Under the pieces are notes generated by a model. It ran no database searches. It was not told the DNA's origin and was given only the letters and a program-made list of their open reading frames with translations. From the human T2T-CHM13v2.0 reference genome, Homo sapiens, in the NCBI RefSeq assembly GCF_009914755.1, contig NC_060928.1: a stretch of 64,000 nt of DNA; one strand, 5' to 3'. A program made the translations under genes and the position numbers. Numbering within the stretch: the first letter of the stretch is position 1; every line of letters starts with the position of its first letter. Positions 38,518 to 55,359 of this stretch are shown here, piece by piece.

Positions 38518-39057
38518 TTTTTAAAGAGAGGTAAAAGTTTTATGATGGCAGATGATTCTTTTTTTTATTATTATTATACTTTAAGTTCTGGGATACATGT
38601 GCAGAACCTGTGCAGGTTTGTTACATAGGTATACACATGCCATGGTGGTTTGCTGCACCAATCAACCTGTCACCTACATTAGATATTTCTCCTAATGCTA
38701 TCTCTCCCCTAGCCCCCTGACCCCCCAACAGGCCCTGGTGTGTGATGTTCCCCTTTCTGTGTCCATGTGTTCTCATTGTTCATGTGGTGTTTGGTTTTCT
38801 GTTCCTGTGTTAGTTTGCTGAGAATGATGGTTTCCAGCTTCATCCATGTCCCTGCAAAGGACACGAACTGCCAGCAATTCCATTACTGGGTATATACCCA
38901 AGGGATTATAAACCATTCTACTGTAAAGACACATGCACATGTATGTTTATTGCAGCACTATTCACAATAGCAAAGACTTGGAACCAACCCAAATGTCCAA
39001 CAATGATAGACTGGATAAAGAAAATGTGGCACATATACACTATGGAATACTATGCAG
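38518..39057 (-). mobile_element. 5'-inverted (twin-primed) L1PA (about PA6-8) with a 36-bp 3' transduction
   Basis: L1 3' end on the - strand (38559-38869) joined to a + strand ORF2 piece (38871-39057). Perfect TSD tctaatacagtcttt at 38503-38517 and 39058-39072. Unique 38523-38558 lies between two T-tracts. Confidence 0.88.
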
Positions 39058-40911
39058 TCTAATACAGTCTTTATATAACATTTATATACTTTTAAAAACA
39101 GTAAACTTTTGTTCTGTTCCACTGATTTTCTATTCTTAAATACATTTTGTACTGTTTTATTTTTAAGCTTTATAACATGTCTCATTACTTGGTATTCTAA
39201 GTCTCTGATAATTATTAATTTTTTAATTTTCAAAATTTCATTACTATTCTTGTCTGTTTTCTCCTAATTAAATTTGCAAAGGTCTTAAGAGGTTCTAAAA
39301 TAACCTTCAGGCATTTTATTTAGAATTACATTTTGTATTGGAGAATCTGAGGAAAATTTAAATGTCTTTTGTAATTTTGCATCTGCATTCTTAGGAATAT
39401 GTTATGTCTATACAGAAACTTGTTCAAGTTGTCTTCAGTCAGGTGTTAAGGTATTCTTCATATAGCTCCTACTAATTTATTGTTAAATTTCTCTCTATGT
39501 ATTTATATTTAATGTACATAGATATTTTTACTCAAACTATCATCTCATTAATATATTAATAGAAAAGCAAATCATTTGTATATATCCATTTATGATCAAT
39601 CTTTTTTTAATCTGAATTTTTAAAATACTTTTTTACTTGATTCTGGTGGGCTTCTTGAATATATCATCAAATAATGATAATTTTGTCTCTACTGGATGAT
39701 AATTTTTTCCTAATAGATTGCAATCATAGTTTTGTTTCCATCCTTTTTTGCATAGGATAAAGTTGTTACAATAATGTTAATTTTGGATTACTAGCAAGCA
39801 TAATTTTCTTTACTTTAATGGCAATGCAAAGAGAGTTTAAGCTTGTAATAGGCTTGCTGTTGTTTGAAGTATTCTGTATCTCATTACGGATTTTTTTTCT
39901 TCCTGGTTTACCAATAGATAGATAACAGGTAGACAACTGTTTATAATTTTGCCAAGTATCTTTCTTGTGTCTATTGAAAGATCATTTAAAAATTTTATAA
40001 AGCCTCATTTGTAAGATATGTTGTCACCCCAGTAACATTTCTAATACTGAACCAATGTTGCTTTTCCTTGTTTAATAATGTTACATTATTCTTTTAATAT
40101 AAGCAAACTAACCTTGGAGTTTAACTATTACTTCTATTTATTTTATGAATTTCTTAAGTCCATTTTTATATGTGAAAAAGTTGAAAATATACCTTATTGA
40201 GATGTTTAGGATAGTAGGTTGGGCTTTTATTGGGTAAATTTGTGACTTAGTGTATGAGTGATTACTGAGGGGAAAAAAAATAATCACTAAAGACATTGTA
40301 AGTGAACCAGAGTAAAGTTGTGTTCCTTAAGTGATGATAGAGGAGGTTGTGGAATCGTTTTATTTTCCTCATTGCAATGCCCACCAGGGAGTTTTCTTCT
40401 AAGTTCAGCTGCAAGATATCCATAGGCCACATGTGACAATAGATTAATTTAGAAGGACACAGGACAGGAGATATAGCTCATCAGCAGGGCAGCATTGTCA
40501 TTTTTTCTTCAATGTGAGTTGTACTTGCAGCTTTCATTTAGAATAGGGATCACATGCAAGATGATACCTATACTGAGTGAGTACAGAAGCCCACCTGGCT
40601 TAGAAGCCTAGTAACCCAAGGCGTCAGTAGCTCTTGTCATAACCCCAAAGGCATAGCTTTCAGGGTCCCCAGAAGGGGCAGTCCCAGTCACATGAATCAC
40701 TGAACTGGTAGAAGCACAAAGACATGGCTTCCTTTCATGCATTTTTTGTTCTCTCAATCCAAATGACATTTTCCACTCAGGGGTCATTTTACTATAAGCA
40801 ACGTGGCCTAAAAGTATAGTAAACATTCGACCTTTCCCATGTTTTCAGAACAGAGATATAAATTAACCAAAGTACAAATTCTCATTCAGAATAAAAGCTT
40901 ACTTAGAAATA

Positions 40912-41554
<643 letters not shown>

Positions 41555-41640
41555 TATGTTCTATTATTTTTAGCATAATTAAATATATACCAATGTAATG
41601 TTTTTCATCCTGTCTATGTAAATTAAAATTCCAACTTTAA

Positions 41641-41844
<204 letters not shown>

Positions 41845-42905
41845 TAAGATTTGTGTATGACCAAATAAGGGGAGAGATGAAATTTAGACAAAGAATATCC
41901 ATTTGGTTACCAGATCTGGTTTATTACATTTTGTTTCCTTTGTTAGGAGAAGCACAATAAACAACAACAACAAAAAAGATAGTTATAAGTAGTTGTTCAA
42001 TAAGACACTCATTACCTAAAACATGAAGTATTGTTTTTTCCATAAGTAGCGGGAAAAATAATGCTACATATAACTGGTTTTACTCTCAAAAAATTGACAT
42101 GGAAAAGAAAGTAGGTGTGTTAGTAATTTCTATTAGAATTAAACTAGTAGTCTAGTCTGAATTTTTAGCAACAAATGTCACAGAGTTAAGAAAATGAATT
42201 CATTCTGAGGATACAAAAGCATAACATAAACTTCAGGACCAAGTTAAAGCTCTGATGGACTGAAGCAGATAATGACAGGGATGTTTCCACCTGAATTTTT
42301 CAAAGGAAATGGTTAAGATTTTGGAGTTCCCCGCTTAACATCAAAGTATATGTGAGATTTTGTCATGGAAATCAAGGAGATAACTTATTGAGACATTATA
42401 TCCATTTTCAAATCAGAATTTCTATGATGAAGGAGTTGTTTACAATGGAAGATTTTTAAATATATATTTTAGATTAACAATGCATATGAAAGACTTGGGC
42501 CTCAAAGGAGTGCACAAAGATTACTGCATTTCATTATATCTCCTACCAAACAAGCTTGGACCTAAGACAGATTAATATCTTCCACATAGAAGTATATCCA
42601 TTTTATACTGAAAGTACATTTTGTTTATTTTCTAGATTTTCTTCTACCTATTCTCTAGAATCTAATGACAGTCCAAGAGGACAGTTCCAGATAGTACTAA
42701 GGCCCTAAATTTCAAACAACTTGAGTTATATTTCTCCAAATTTTAGGATAACAAAAAATCCAGGCATTTTGTGTGTATGTTTTTTTTTAAAAGAACTAAA
42801 AATCAGTAGTTCACAATTTGTGTCATAACTCTTCCATTAGCAAACCATAAAAATCTAAACCTCTCTCATGACATGCAAAATGAAGTTAGATTAATTCTAA
42901 GGTCC

Positions 42906-43295
42906 TGTACTAGTCAGCTTTTCTGTGTAGCAAACAACTCTAAAGTATAAGTGATTTAGAAAAGTTACTTCTCATTCATGAAACAAGGCTGTAATTTGGT
43001 TGTGTTATGCTTCAAGCTGTGGGTCAACTGCAGGCCTACTCTGTGCAAGCTTCTCATTCCAAGGCCCAGGCTGAAGAAGCCGACCTAACAGGGACATGCT
43101 GTTCTCATTGCAAAGAGCATTTGTAAAAGAGGCTGGCAGAAACCTGCAGTGCCTCCTGTGTTTCTTGCTTGGATGTGGCATATGTTCCATCTGCCCACAG
43201 ATCACAAACCAAAGCAAGTCTCATGGCCAAGCCCAAAATCAATAGAGTGGGTAAATGTACCCCACATATAGGGAAGGAAGGAGTAAAGGATTATG
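42906..43295. mobile_element. MaLR LTR (MLT1H/I/J-like) fragment
   Basis: tgtactagtcagcttttctgtgtagcaaacaactctaaa...ttctcattccaaggcccaggctga...caagtctcatggccaagcccaaaatca. Confidence 0.6.
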
Positions 43296-43299
43296 AATA

Positions 43300-43532
43300 G
43301 GCTGGACGCAGTGGTTCACACGTGTAACCTCAGCACTTTGGGAGGCCAAGGCAGGTGGATCACTTGAGGCCAGGAGTTTGAGACCAGCCTGGCCAACATG
43401 GAGAAACCCCATCTCTACTAAAAATACAAAAATTATCCAGGTGTGGTGGTGCATGCCTGTAATCTCAGCTACTTGGGAGGCTGAGGCATGAGAATCGCTT
43501 GAGCTTGGGAGGTGGAGGTTATAGTGAGCCGA
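43300..43532 (+). mobile_element. AluS/J, 3'-truncated (no tail)
   Basis: Alu sequence stops abruptly at ...gtgagccga. Confidence 0.85.
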
Positions 43533-44175
43533 AAGTGAAATACATATGCATTAACTGGGAAGCAAAATACTAAATAATAATCAATCAAAATACATTTATT
43601 GACGAGCAAATTCTAAGAGGAACAAACTACAAAAATCAATTATGCCATAGGGAATCCGTCTGTAAAGCACTTGGCATCTAGTTGGAGATATAAGACCCAT
43701 GCACAAGAAACAAAGAACAATATAGACATTTCTATAAATGTGTGTTGATATATATGTATATAATATCAGTATTATTTATTTATATTATTTTAAATTGTGT
43801 AGTTAAGGTACTGAAATAATTGAACAGCATACAGAGTAGTTAAGCAAAGGAAAATGAGTGAAAGCTCTCCAGAGAAGGTAAGCCTGGAACTTGACCTTGA
43901 TGGGGCAAGGGGAAATACGGAGAAGGAACAAATAGAAGAGACCCTTCTAAGGGAAGAAACACACCACTGCTTTTAATTTAGTTGTGAGGATGGAAAAGCA
44001 TAATAGAATGAAAAGGGATCCAGGGTTTCATGGTAAAAGACCAGCAGAAATGTTTAATGCATGCTTAACATTACAGAGCTAGTTGAGAAAAGGATTATTG
44101 ATTATTGATTAGTTATGGTTAATTGGCTTTTTCATTGCTAAAGATGTTCTTGCTTTTCAGACTTGATTTTCTGGC

Positions 44176-44493
<318 letters not shown>

Positions 44494-46339
44494 TAAAAAA
44501 TAATGCATGAACGTAATAGTAATTAAAGAAATGTTTAATAAATCACACCAAGTGTTGCATTTCTTATTAGCCCTGCAGTGCTTTACCTATCAGAGATTTT
44601 AATTCTCAGAAAATGTACTCTAGTGAACTGCTAAAAAGTATTATTAAGCATTAAGCATTATTTTTCCTTTGTTTGATATGCAGTACAGATGTTGGCAGTT
44701 TAAATTGTTTCTTTCTGTGGAGTTTCTTGGTAACGACACCCTGCATCCTGATTCCCTGGACATATGGAGAAAAGGAGAGCCAGGAAAGAAGCAGGACCTG
44801 GCGATCATCAGTGTGCCAGCTCCTCTCTTTATACACATGTGCCACATTAATTTATCACCCAAAACCTCTCGCTAAATTCAGAAAATATTTGCATTTGTTC
44901 CATTTTTTTATAGCCATAAGGAAAAAGAGATCTTCCCTTTCTGTTAACTGATTTTAAAAATTATAAAGATCATCAAATTTAACCATTTTAGTACACTGTG
45001 GTCAGTATGTTTTATACATCAGCATCCGGGGCCATTGATATTACATATTACTATTGTGATTATTTTCACTGAAAATATAGTATACTAGGTGATTTTTAAT
45101 AATTCAATATTACTTTTCAGGTGACTATATTTCTATAACACAACTTCTAAAATATTAAGTTACTTTAATATGTAATAAATATTAGTATGTAAAATAAAAA
45201 ATATATAGTGATACAGTAACTACATTTATTATCTGCTACCTGCCAGACGTCTTATATGTTTATATATTTCATAGGCACTTTAGAACAATCATATGAGGCA
45301 TTGCACATTTGTTCATTATAGCATTGCTTATTAGTGCATGACTGCTATGCTACAAGTACATACACTGAGTGGATGAGTCTGCACCTGGACAAGCATCAAA
45401 TTCAGGTTCGGAGACATGGGTTCTATCAATACACTCACATGTATGATTGTATGTGAGCGAACACACATTGGAATGACTTCAAGGAACCAGTAAGTGCTAG
45501 AATTTATATAACCATAGAAATGGCTAGAAGAGTTTTGCTTCCTTTTGTGTCCTTTCTGCACATAAACTAGATAACTTGGCAGCAGAAGTTAAAGTCAGTC
45601 TTTTTTTTTGGTCATCAGATGTGTGCGTGAGTGTGGTAAGTAAGGCTTGCAGTGAATTCTCTACCTGACACGATTTGTCATCAGATGTTTTATGTGGTTC
45701 TCATCTTGTAACTTCTTAGTTTAAAAACATTTAGTCATATGTTGTCTCATTAAAGGCATTCAAGAATGAAGAAAACTGAATTTTTCGGGTTGACTTCATT
45801 GTGCAATAAATAAAGTTAACTCCAGTGTTGACTTCAGAATCTTAACAATGCAGAAAGCTAAAAAGATAACCAAAAAGTATGAGCTCAAGTCTATTCTCAA
45901 ATCTTAAGTGGATATTGGGAAAAATTCATTAGTTTAATTTTATAGTTCATCCATAAAGAGGTCACATTTTGCTTATTGGCTTCTAGACCCTAAACTTGGG
46001 ATATAGAACTACCCAAAGTCACAAAAACAATTACGTGTTCCAAGTTGCATGGAGAATAATTTTTCTTAGATTCATGATAGTGACACATATATAAACAGTT
46101 GTTCAAACTAATCGCAGAATTTGAGAATTTTTAGAAATGGAACTAACAGTAGCTATGCCCTTTCTGACAGGGATGAAAGTAGTCCACAGGAATAAACAAC
46201 TTGCTTAGAATCACAAAAAAAGCAATAAAATTGGAAAAAATTCAAAATTTCTGATTTCATATCCAGTTTTCTGGTCACTGTACATTCTGTCTTCCCTTAT
46301 ATTTCTTCTAAAAGCATATAAGAATAATGTCAAGCTTAT

Positions 46340-46560
46340 ATTCTTATATTGTCCTTACTATATGCTAGACTCTCAGCTACTACACATAATAACCCGTGAG
46401 GTAAATACTGTTGCTGTCCTAATTGTACAGATACAGAAACTGAGACATCATGAAGTAAAGTAACTTGTGCAAGTTCAGGAAGCTGTCGATTATTAGAGCT
46501 GAGACTCAAACCCAGAGTCTGGCTCCAAAAACTGGGTCTCTTAACCATTCTGCTATACTG
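46340..46560 (-). mobile_element. MIR SINE
   Basis: aacccgtgaggtaaatact...acagatacagaaactgagacat...gtaacttgtgcaag...ctcttaaccattctgctatactg. Confidence 0.7.
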
Positions 46561-46626
46561 CTTTTCACAAAAATGACACACACTTTTAACAAGTGTGTTT
46601 CAAATAAACACTTAGGGATTCTCTTT

Positions 46627-48453
<1,827 letters not shown>

Positions 48454-51400
48454 CTATCTCTCTCTCTCTCTACACATGCATGCATGCACACACATAGACA
48501 CACAAAGAGTAGAACAAATCACAATCCTTGGTACTTCACAATACTCTCATAATGGGTCCATAAATAGCTACTTTTATTCATTTATTTGATTAGTTTTATA
48601 CTCCTTAGTTGTAGTCTTTTTTCCTATAAACTATTAGAATATTTAATTTAATATTATAACTATAAGAATTTTTTTCCTATTAAGTATTAGAATATTTAGT
48701 GCTTTACTTTGTATTTTTACAAGTAAAAATACAAATTATTCAAAAAATTATTCAAAAAGAGAACATTAGATCTTTTTACCTCTCTCTATCTTGATACTTC
48801 TTACACTTTACCTCTTGTTTCCTACCTCCTGTTGGAAAGCTCCTGAGCTCCTTGAGTTCACACGTGTGTTTGTACATCTCTAGTGCCCACTTTCTTGTTT
48901 AGCATGCAGTAAGCATTCAATAATTATTTCATACATGAATAAAAGATCTACTTAACTTTTTGGCTAAAGATCAGCCCATTTACTTACAGCCAGATAAACC
49001 TCTGTGCATTTTGCTTGCTTGATAATTTCTAAAGTCTTCCTTCTTATCATAATTATTTTTTCTTTCTTGGTTTCTATAATTTTTCATCCAACCAATAAAA
49101 AAGCTAAGAAAAAAAATCTAAGAAGAAAAAGAAAACAAACACAGCACCTGCCTACCCTTCTTTCCAACTCCCTGCTGTAATAATTTTTATGCTTTTTCCC
49201 ACAAGGAAAGTAAAAAACATTCCTTTAACTTGACAGCATAATCCTAATCCTTTAATACCCCAATTGGAATGGGGTGCTTTCCAAGCATTCTGTTCACCAT
49301 TCAGCAAGGGGAAAAAAGCAGCCCCCATTGATTGCCCACTTAGTAGCTCCAGGATTGGTCAACAAATGGCTTAAGCTCTGTATTCAGCTGGTTAAAAGAA
49401 TCTCTCAGAAAGGTACATAAAACCAGAAGTTAAACAGTTAACTGGCTTCCCTTTAGAGATGCAAAATATAAACTAGCCCCAAGCTCTGAGAGCAGAAGTG
49501 ACATTATTGAGACACATTTGTAAACATTAAGCAATATCAAAGTATACATTAAACTATATAGTATAGACAATACTTGCAGGAAAAATTTTAAGGAAAACAA
49601 AATCAGTGAAGGTTAGAATAAAAATGGTTACTAGACTTGAGCAGGGAGAATTCAAAAATAAATCGAATTTGGATATGAGAGCAGGTGCAGGTAAAATACT
49701 CAGGAAAACATGAGAGATTCACATAAATAAAAACGGCCATCATGTGTTGAAAGGATGATGAGAAGGAACAACTTCACTGGAAATAATATTAGTTGAGGGA
49801 TTTAGGTAGAGAAACTAAAATTGAATGTGATAGACTATCAACAGCTGCTAGTTATAAAGCATCTACTACACTAAACACTTGATATGTTTCATATAATGCT
49901 TGCCACAACTCTGTGCATTGCATTTCATAAATTTGAGGAAACTGAGCCTCAGACTTAAATATCTTGCCAAATTCACACAACTAATAACAAACAGATCTAG
50001 GCCTCAGGTTGAAGCTCGTGTCCTTATGCAGCACCGTTCACCAGCTTTGTGGGGCTCTGAGAAGAGAAATATCTGTACAGAGGAGGATTTGAGGAGTCTG
50101 AGGTGTTAGGTTAGCTTTTAATTGAAGAAGGCCATTTGCAAGTATTCTAGCTGGGAAGCAGTAAGAATACTACAAAAGAATTAGGAAAAGGGATTAGAAA
50201 AAAAGATAAGTTTGGAGAAAGGATAGGGAGAACTTGGTGAAAAATCAAAGAAGTGCATAAAATCCAGGACCCTGAACAAGAAAGGCTATGCAGATTTAAA
50301 TGGCAACAAACAGCCCCCTCTTTTCTCCTACTTCTTCCAGCTGTCTTACTTCTCCTTCTTGGTCATCTATTACAAGTTTGCATTAGCTGTATTTCATCAT
50401 TTTTAGAAAGGCAGTGATTATTTATTTTAATTATGATCATTTACTACCCGGTAAATAAATAATTATTTCTAAGAACCATACAACCTACAGATTTCTATTC
50501 TGTTGTTGCTCACATCACAGTAACATATTCCTATTGGTATTGTTCTTCTCTCTCACAATACATCAGACTTTTTTTTAATTTATATATATGTTTTATTTAA
50601 TTTTATGTGTGTATATATATACCACTAACATCAGCTGGTTTCATTGTATCCACATTTTCTGTTCCAGATCAAGAAAACAAGATAATTAAGATGGGCAGAT
50701 AATTAAGAAAGGAGAACATTTGAAGAGTCTCAAAATAAAAGCAAGAAAGAGGACACTGAAGGTTCACTCTCAAAGGGAGACAGGAGTAGGATGCTATAAT
50801 AATATATATATTATATATATTTATACATATATTTTTGCTTTAAAAGAATAACATTTTATGCTATAAGATGTGAAAGGAAATTGTTTTCTTTTCTCATATA
50901 ATACACATCTATTTAGATAAGGACTAGCCTCTGGAATCCATACAAAGGAATATGCTATTCCTATTTCAGAGCAACCTCCTCTTTAAAACATCTGTTTTGA
51001 ATTGAGGATTTTTAACTTAAAGAACTTCAATAAACAAGAAAAATGAGTAAGCTTTTGTCTATCATTCTTTTTCTGTTTCCTGAATCCTTGTGGAGCTACT
51101 TTTATGACGGATATCCTATGAGTTTTAGCAAGCACCCTGACTGCTACTTCTAGTGGAGAATCCAAATAATTTACATTTATTTTAGAGTTTAGTCTAAATA
51201 GATGACAGAATAAGTATAGTTAGTGATATTTCCAGTATGTGAATTTTTCAAAAATATTTATGGGCTCCATATGATTTGAGATTAGTTTTATTAGTCTTGC
51301 CAAACTGTAGCCAAATTTTAAACAATTATAAACCTTTACTCTCAAGAAGCATATAGCATTCTCACTGCTAAGCACAAACCTAGACATCAAACAGCAACCC

Positions 51401-51826
51401 CATGGGGTAGATTTTTAAGTGATACAAATTTCCATTCTTCTTGCACTACATCATACAGCATTCAGGGAACACTATATTCAAGATGCAACAGTACCCTTAA
51501 TGAACAAGCATCTTTATTAGATTTTTCTGAGATAAGTCCTGAGCTACAGGGAAGATAAATGACTAGTGCAAGGTGCAAGGCAGTATTTCAGCTGGATAAT
51601 AAGCCCATGATGCTGGACCAAGCTGCTTTTCAAGCAGCAAGTCTGATTAGCCTTTTTACAAATAAGATTTGTGCTGTTTCTAGATCTCAGTAAATATTGT
51701 TTATTCAGAAACCCATTGGTTTACAAAAAGCATAGTTATTTTACTGATATAATCTAGGTGTTACTAAAGGCTTTTTAACAAAATATTCCAGAACTTAAAA
51801 CCACAAATTTGCACTGCACTTGAAAA

Positions 51827-51870
51827 TACACACACACACATGCGCACACATACACACGCACACACACATA
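51827..51870. repeat. Imperfect (CA)n microsatellite
   Basis: tacacacacacacatgcgcacacatacacacgcacacacacata. Confidence 0.85.
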
Positions 51871-52609
51871 CTCTCCAGAGTAATTATAAGACTCTCTCCA
51901 AAACTCTTTTATTCCCTTATAGTTAAATCACATTTTTAACACTCAAAACACTCATTCTACTCAACAAACATAACGTCAAGACACTTTTTACTGTTTGAAA
52001 AATTCAGTCTACTTTTAAAAGGAAAATTTGATGTCATCAAAAATAATCAAAGAACATGCTACTTTTTCATAGGTCCTTAAAATATTGTAAACATAGTGAC
52101 ATCATGGGAATAAACGTGTGGGCTTACATAATAATTATGTCTATAGAGGAAACAATCATAGATTTTGAGCACTGAGTGAGCCTTTGGCATGCATTTAGAT
52201 AACTCTCTAATTTTTCAAATGTGAAACCAAGAAGGGAAGTGGGGTGCCCTGCCCAGAGTATAACCCTTGGTTAAAACCATGCCCTGGAGACCACTAGTCC
52301 AGGCTCCCAGTCCAGTGTCCCATCCCCTGCCCTGTTCTGCCAGTTCCTTTTGTTTAAAAAAGTCAGTTTTTATCCCTAAAATTTACCAGTAAAATATATG
52401 TTTTCACAAACATAGTCATGTCAATATATTACATAAAAGAGCAGGAATATTCATTAGGAAATACTTTCAACAGGGTCACAAACATAACTAGAACATCTGT
52501 TTAAAAATTGTCATTACTTCATAGACACAAGAAAATGTAGCACAAAGATGAATAGAGTGCTTTGGAATGTGTTCTCTAACTTATAAAGAAACTATGCTGT
52601 AGACTAAAA

Positions 52610-52825
52610 TAGTAGTCGACATTCATTGAAAACTCACCAGGTGCCAAGTATCACTATAAAGGCCCTAACTATGTTAAATAATTTAATTCTCACAATAAGC
52701 TTGTGAGGTAAATATTATTAGTAGCTTTATTTTATAGAAGAGGAAACTAAATCACAGAAATGATTTGAAATTTTCCAAAATCCTAAAACTGATAAGTGAC
52801 AAAGCCAGGCTTTGAACCCATGCTG
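52610..52825 (-). mobile_element. MIR SINE
   Basis: atttaattctcacaataagcttgtgaggta...ttttatagaagaggaaactaaatcacaga...gccaggctttgaaccca. Confidence 0.7.
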
Positions 52826-55359
52826 TCAAAGACAATACTATCCTGGCTCATATTCCCACAAGTCTAAGAACATGCACCAGTGCTGGAAAAGGATAATAAG
52901 GATCTAAATTGTCTTCATGACTGCCGACATGGCTGTCTTCCTTCATATTAAAATGCTGTTGGGCATTTTAGTTTAAATGAAATGCAGAATATTTTCAGAA
53001 ACTTAAATGGTATGCCAATAACAAAGGGTCCTCCATTACAGGGAGGGAGAGATCCATCTGAAATTGAAACTGTCTTGCATCAGCTGACCAGAAGTAAATA
53101 TATTGAAAATTGAAAGCTATGGGACGATACTGAAATATTTTCCCTTCCTCTCATCTTCTTTTGCTACAAGTTAGTTTAAGACTCTACTTAATCAAAACTT
53201 TAATTCTTCCTTCATGGAAGTTTTAATTCATCATTACATTTTAATTGGTGGAATTCGTAATTGCCTCTTATCTATCCCATTTCATAGTTCTTTGAGCAGC
53301 TCAAATAAACTAACATCATAATTGGTCAGACAGTCTACTCACATGTTAAACGTTTACTAATATGAAACAGAATCTGATACTTCTAGACATGAATTATTAC
53401 TAAGATAAAAATATAAGAATTTTTATATGGAATAAGAGTCATTATTCTATATAGCCCAGGTAAGTCTAACATAAGCTCTAACGATTTCTGTCTTTGTGAA
53501 CGTAGTTCTCTGTTTTAATACCAATTTCAAATAGAGAAATATGTACCTCAATGTGTTCATTTACTTTTTTCATAATAATCCATTCTGCTTCTGTCATTTT
53601 ATAAAGCTCTTTATTTTTTAAATGTTAGTAACTAATGAAAATGATCAAAATCAACATGTTTTTATTTTGTATGTTGCTGCCTAAGAAAACATATTTAAAA
53701 CTTGCATCTTAATGATATTTTTTACCAATGTTCCATGAGCAATGTCCATGGCATGACAGAAAGGAACTGGCACGCTAAAAAAAATTGTGAGATTTCTACT
53801 CTGTAAGGTTTTTAATCTTTATCCAAAATAGTGGTTTTGATAGTAAAATTTTTGTTCTGATGATTTTTCTCAATTTTCTGTGTATTTTCCATTAATGAAC
53901 CAAGATCCCTTTAGTACTCCCTAAAAAAACCATCGTGGCCCTTCTAGGGAGCCTCTTATATTCTTGGTGCTAATCAGCATGAATTTTACTAGTATTAATT
54001 TCCTCTTTTCTGCATGTTTTTAGCAAGTGCAGAAATTTGCCAAACAAATTACTTCTTAACCAGAATGTATTCAGTAAAGTGACCCAAAATCATTCATTAA
54101 GGTAGATGAGAAAATAGACTGGGTCTCAGAGGCTGTAAATATCAGACCAGCCTGACTCAATTTAGGACAAGGGGAATCATTGAAGGGTTTAGTAAAGCCT
54201 AGCCATAATCAGAAGCATGCTTTTTGATCAGTTTGAAAAAAAAATATGCAATGAAATGAAAGGAATTGACTAGACGAGAGAGTACCACATAGGAGGCCAT
54301 GCTGTATCTATAATGTCTCCAACAAGGCAGAGATTTGTGTCTGTTTTATTCAGAGACGTATTCCAAAGTGCCTGGAAGAAAGCCTAATACATAATAGCTG
54401 TTTGATAAATATTAGCTGAGTGAAAAAATTCATGAATGAATGACCCAGGCAAAGTCAAAGGCCTGACCTGGAGTGAAGGCAAAAGAAATGAAAGGGAAGG
54501 AAAAGATATTGTGAACTTAGTGTTGAGCATCAAATGGACACAGAAATCAACGGAAAGAGGGGAGCAAAATCATTTTGAAATCTTTAGCCTCACCGGCTGA
54601 GAGATCAAGAAGTCATTAACAAAAGAGAAGCCAGAAGAGGAAACTGGTTTGAGAGTGAAAGTGCTAATTTTGGTCTAGGTATGTTGAACTTGGGGCACCA
54701 GAGGATGATATACCCATATAAGGAAATGTAGGGAATATGACAAAGAAATGACAAAGTAGGGTGGGAATTTGAGAGAGAGGCTGGAGCGATGGTTATTGAC
54801 TTGGGCAAACTCTCCATTAAAACAGTAAAAGCCAAAGATAGCCAATGGAAAGGGCATAGAGATAAAAAGAAAAAGGTTGAGGCAAAAATGTGTTTTCAAA
54901 TGTCTCTTTTTTGCATTCCTATTCTTTCCATTCCATGGTCACAAACCTAATTAAATCTCTTAGCACATCATGTTGCCTGTCTCCTGGATACCTGGGTCAT
55001 CCCTTTCTCTCCAGACTATTCACATCTAATACATTCTGTGGACCTCACCTTATGACCAGCCTTACCATAAGGCTTCTATAGAAAATTCAGCTCTTTATTA
55101 AATTTCCATGTTTTATCTTCCCTGTACCACTGATGTCACATTTTTGTTAATTAATCATTTCTTGTGTTCATACTTGACATTTCAAATATATTCTAAATTC
55201 TTAGCTTGCAAAGAATTACAAAATCTATCTTACACTTCCTTTTTCATCTTCCATAATAAAGTAGGTGTTCAATGAATTTTTGTTAATAATATTTGAGGGG
55301 GAAAGAAGACAATCCTATCATCACTATGACTACTAAGGCAAGAAGTTTACTAGAGATTA

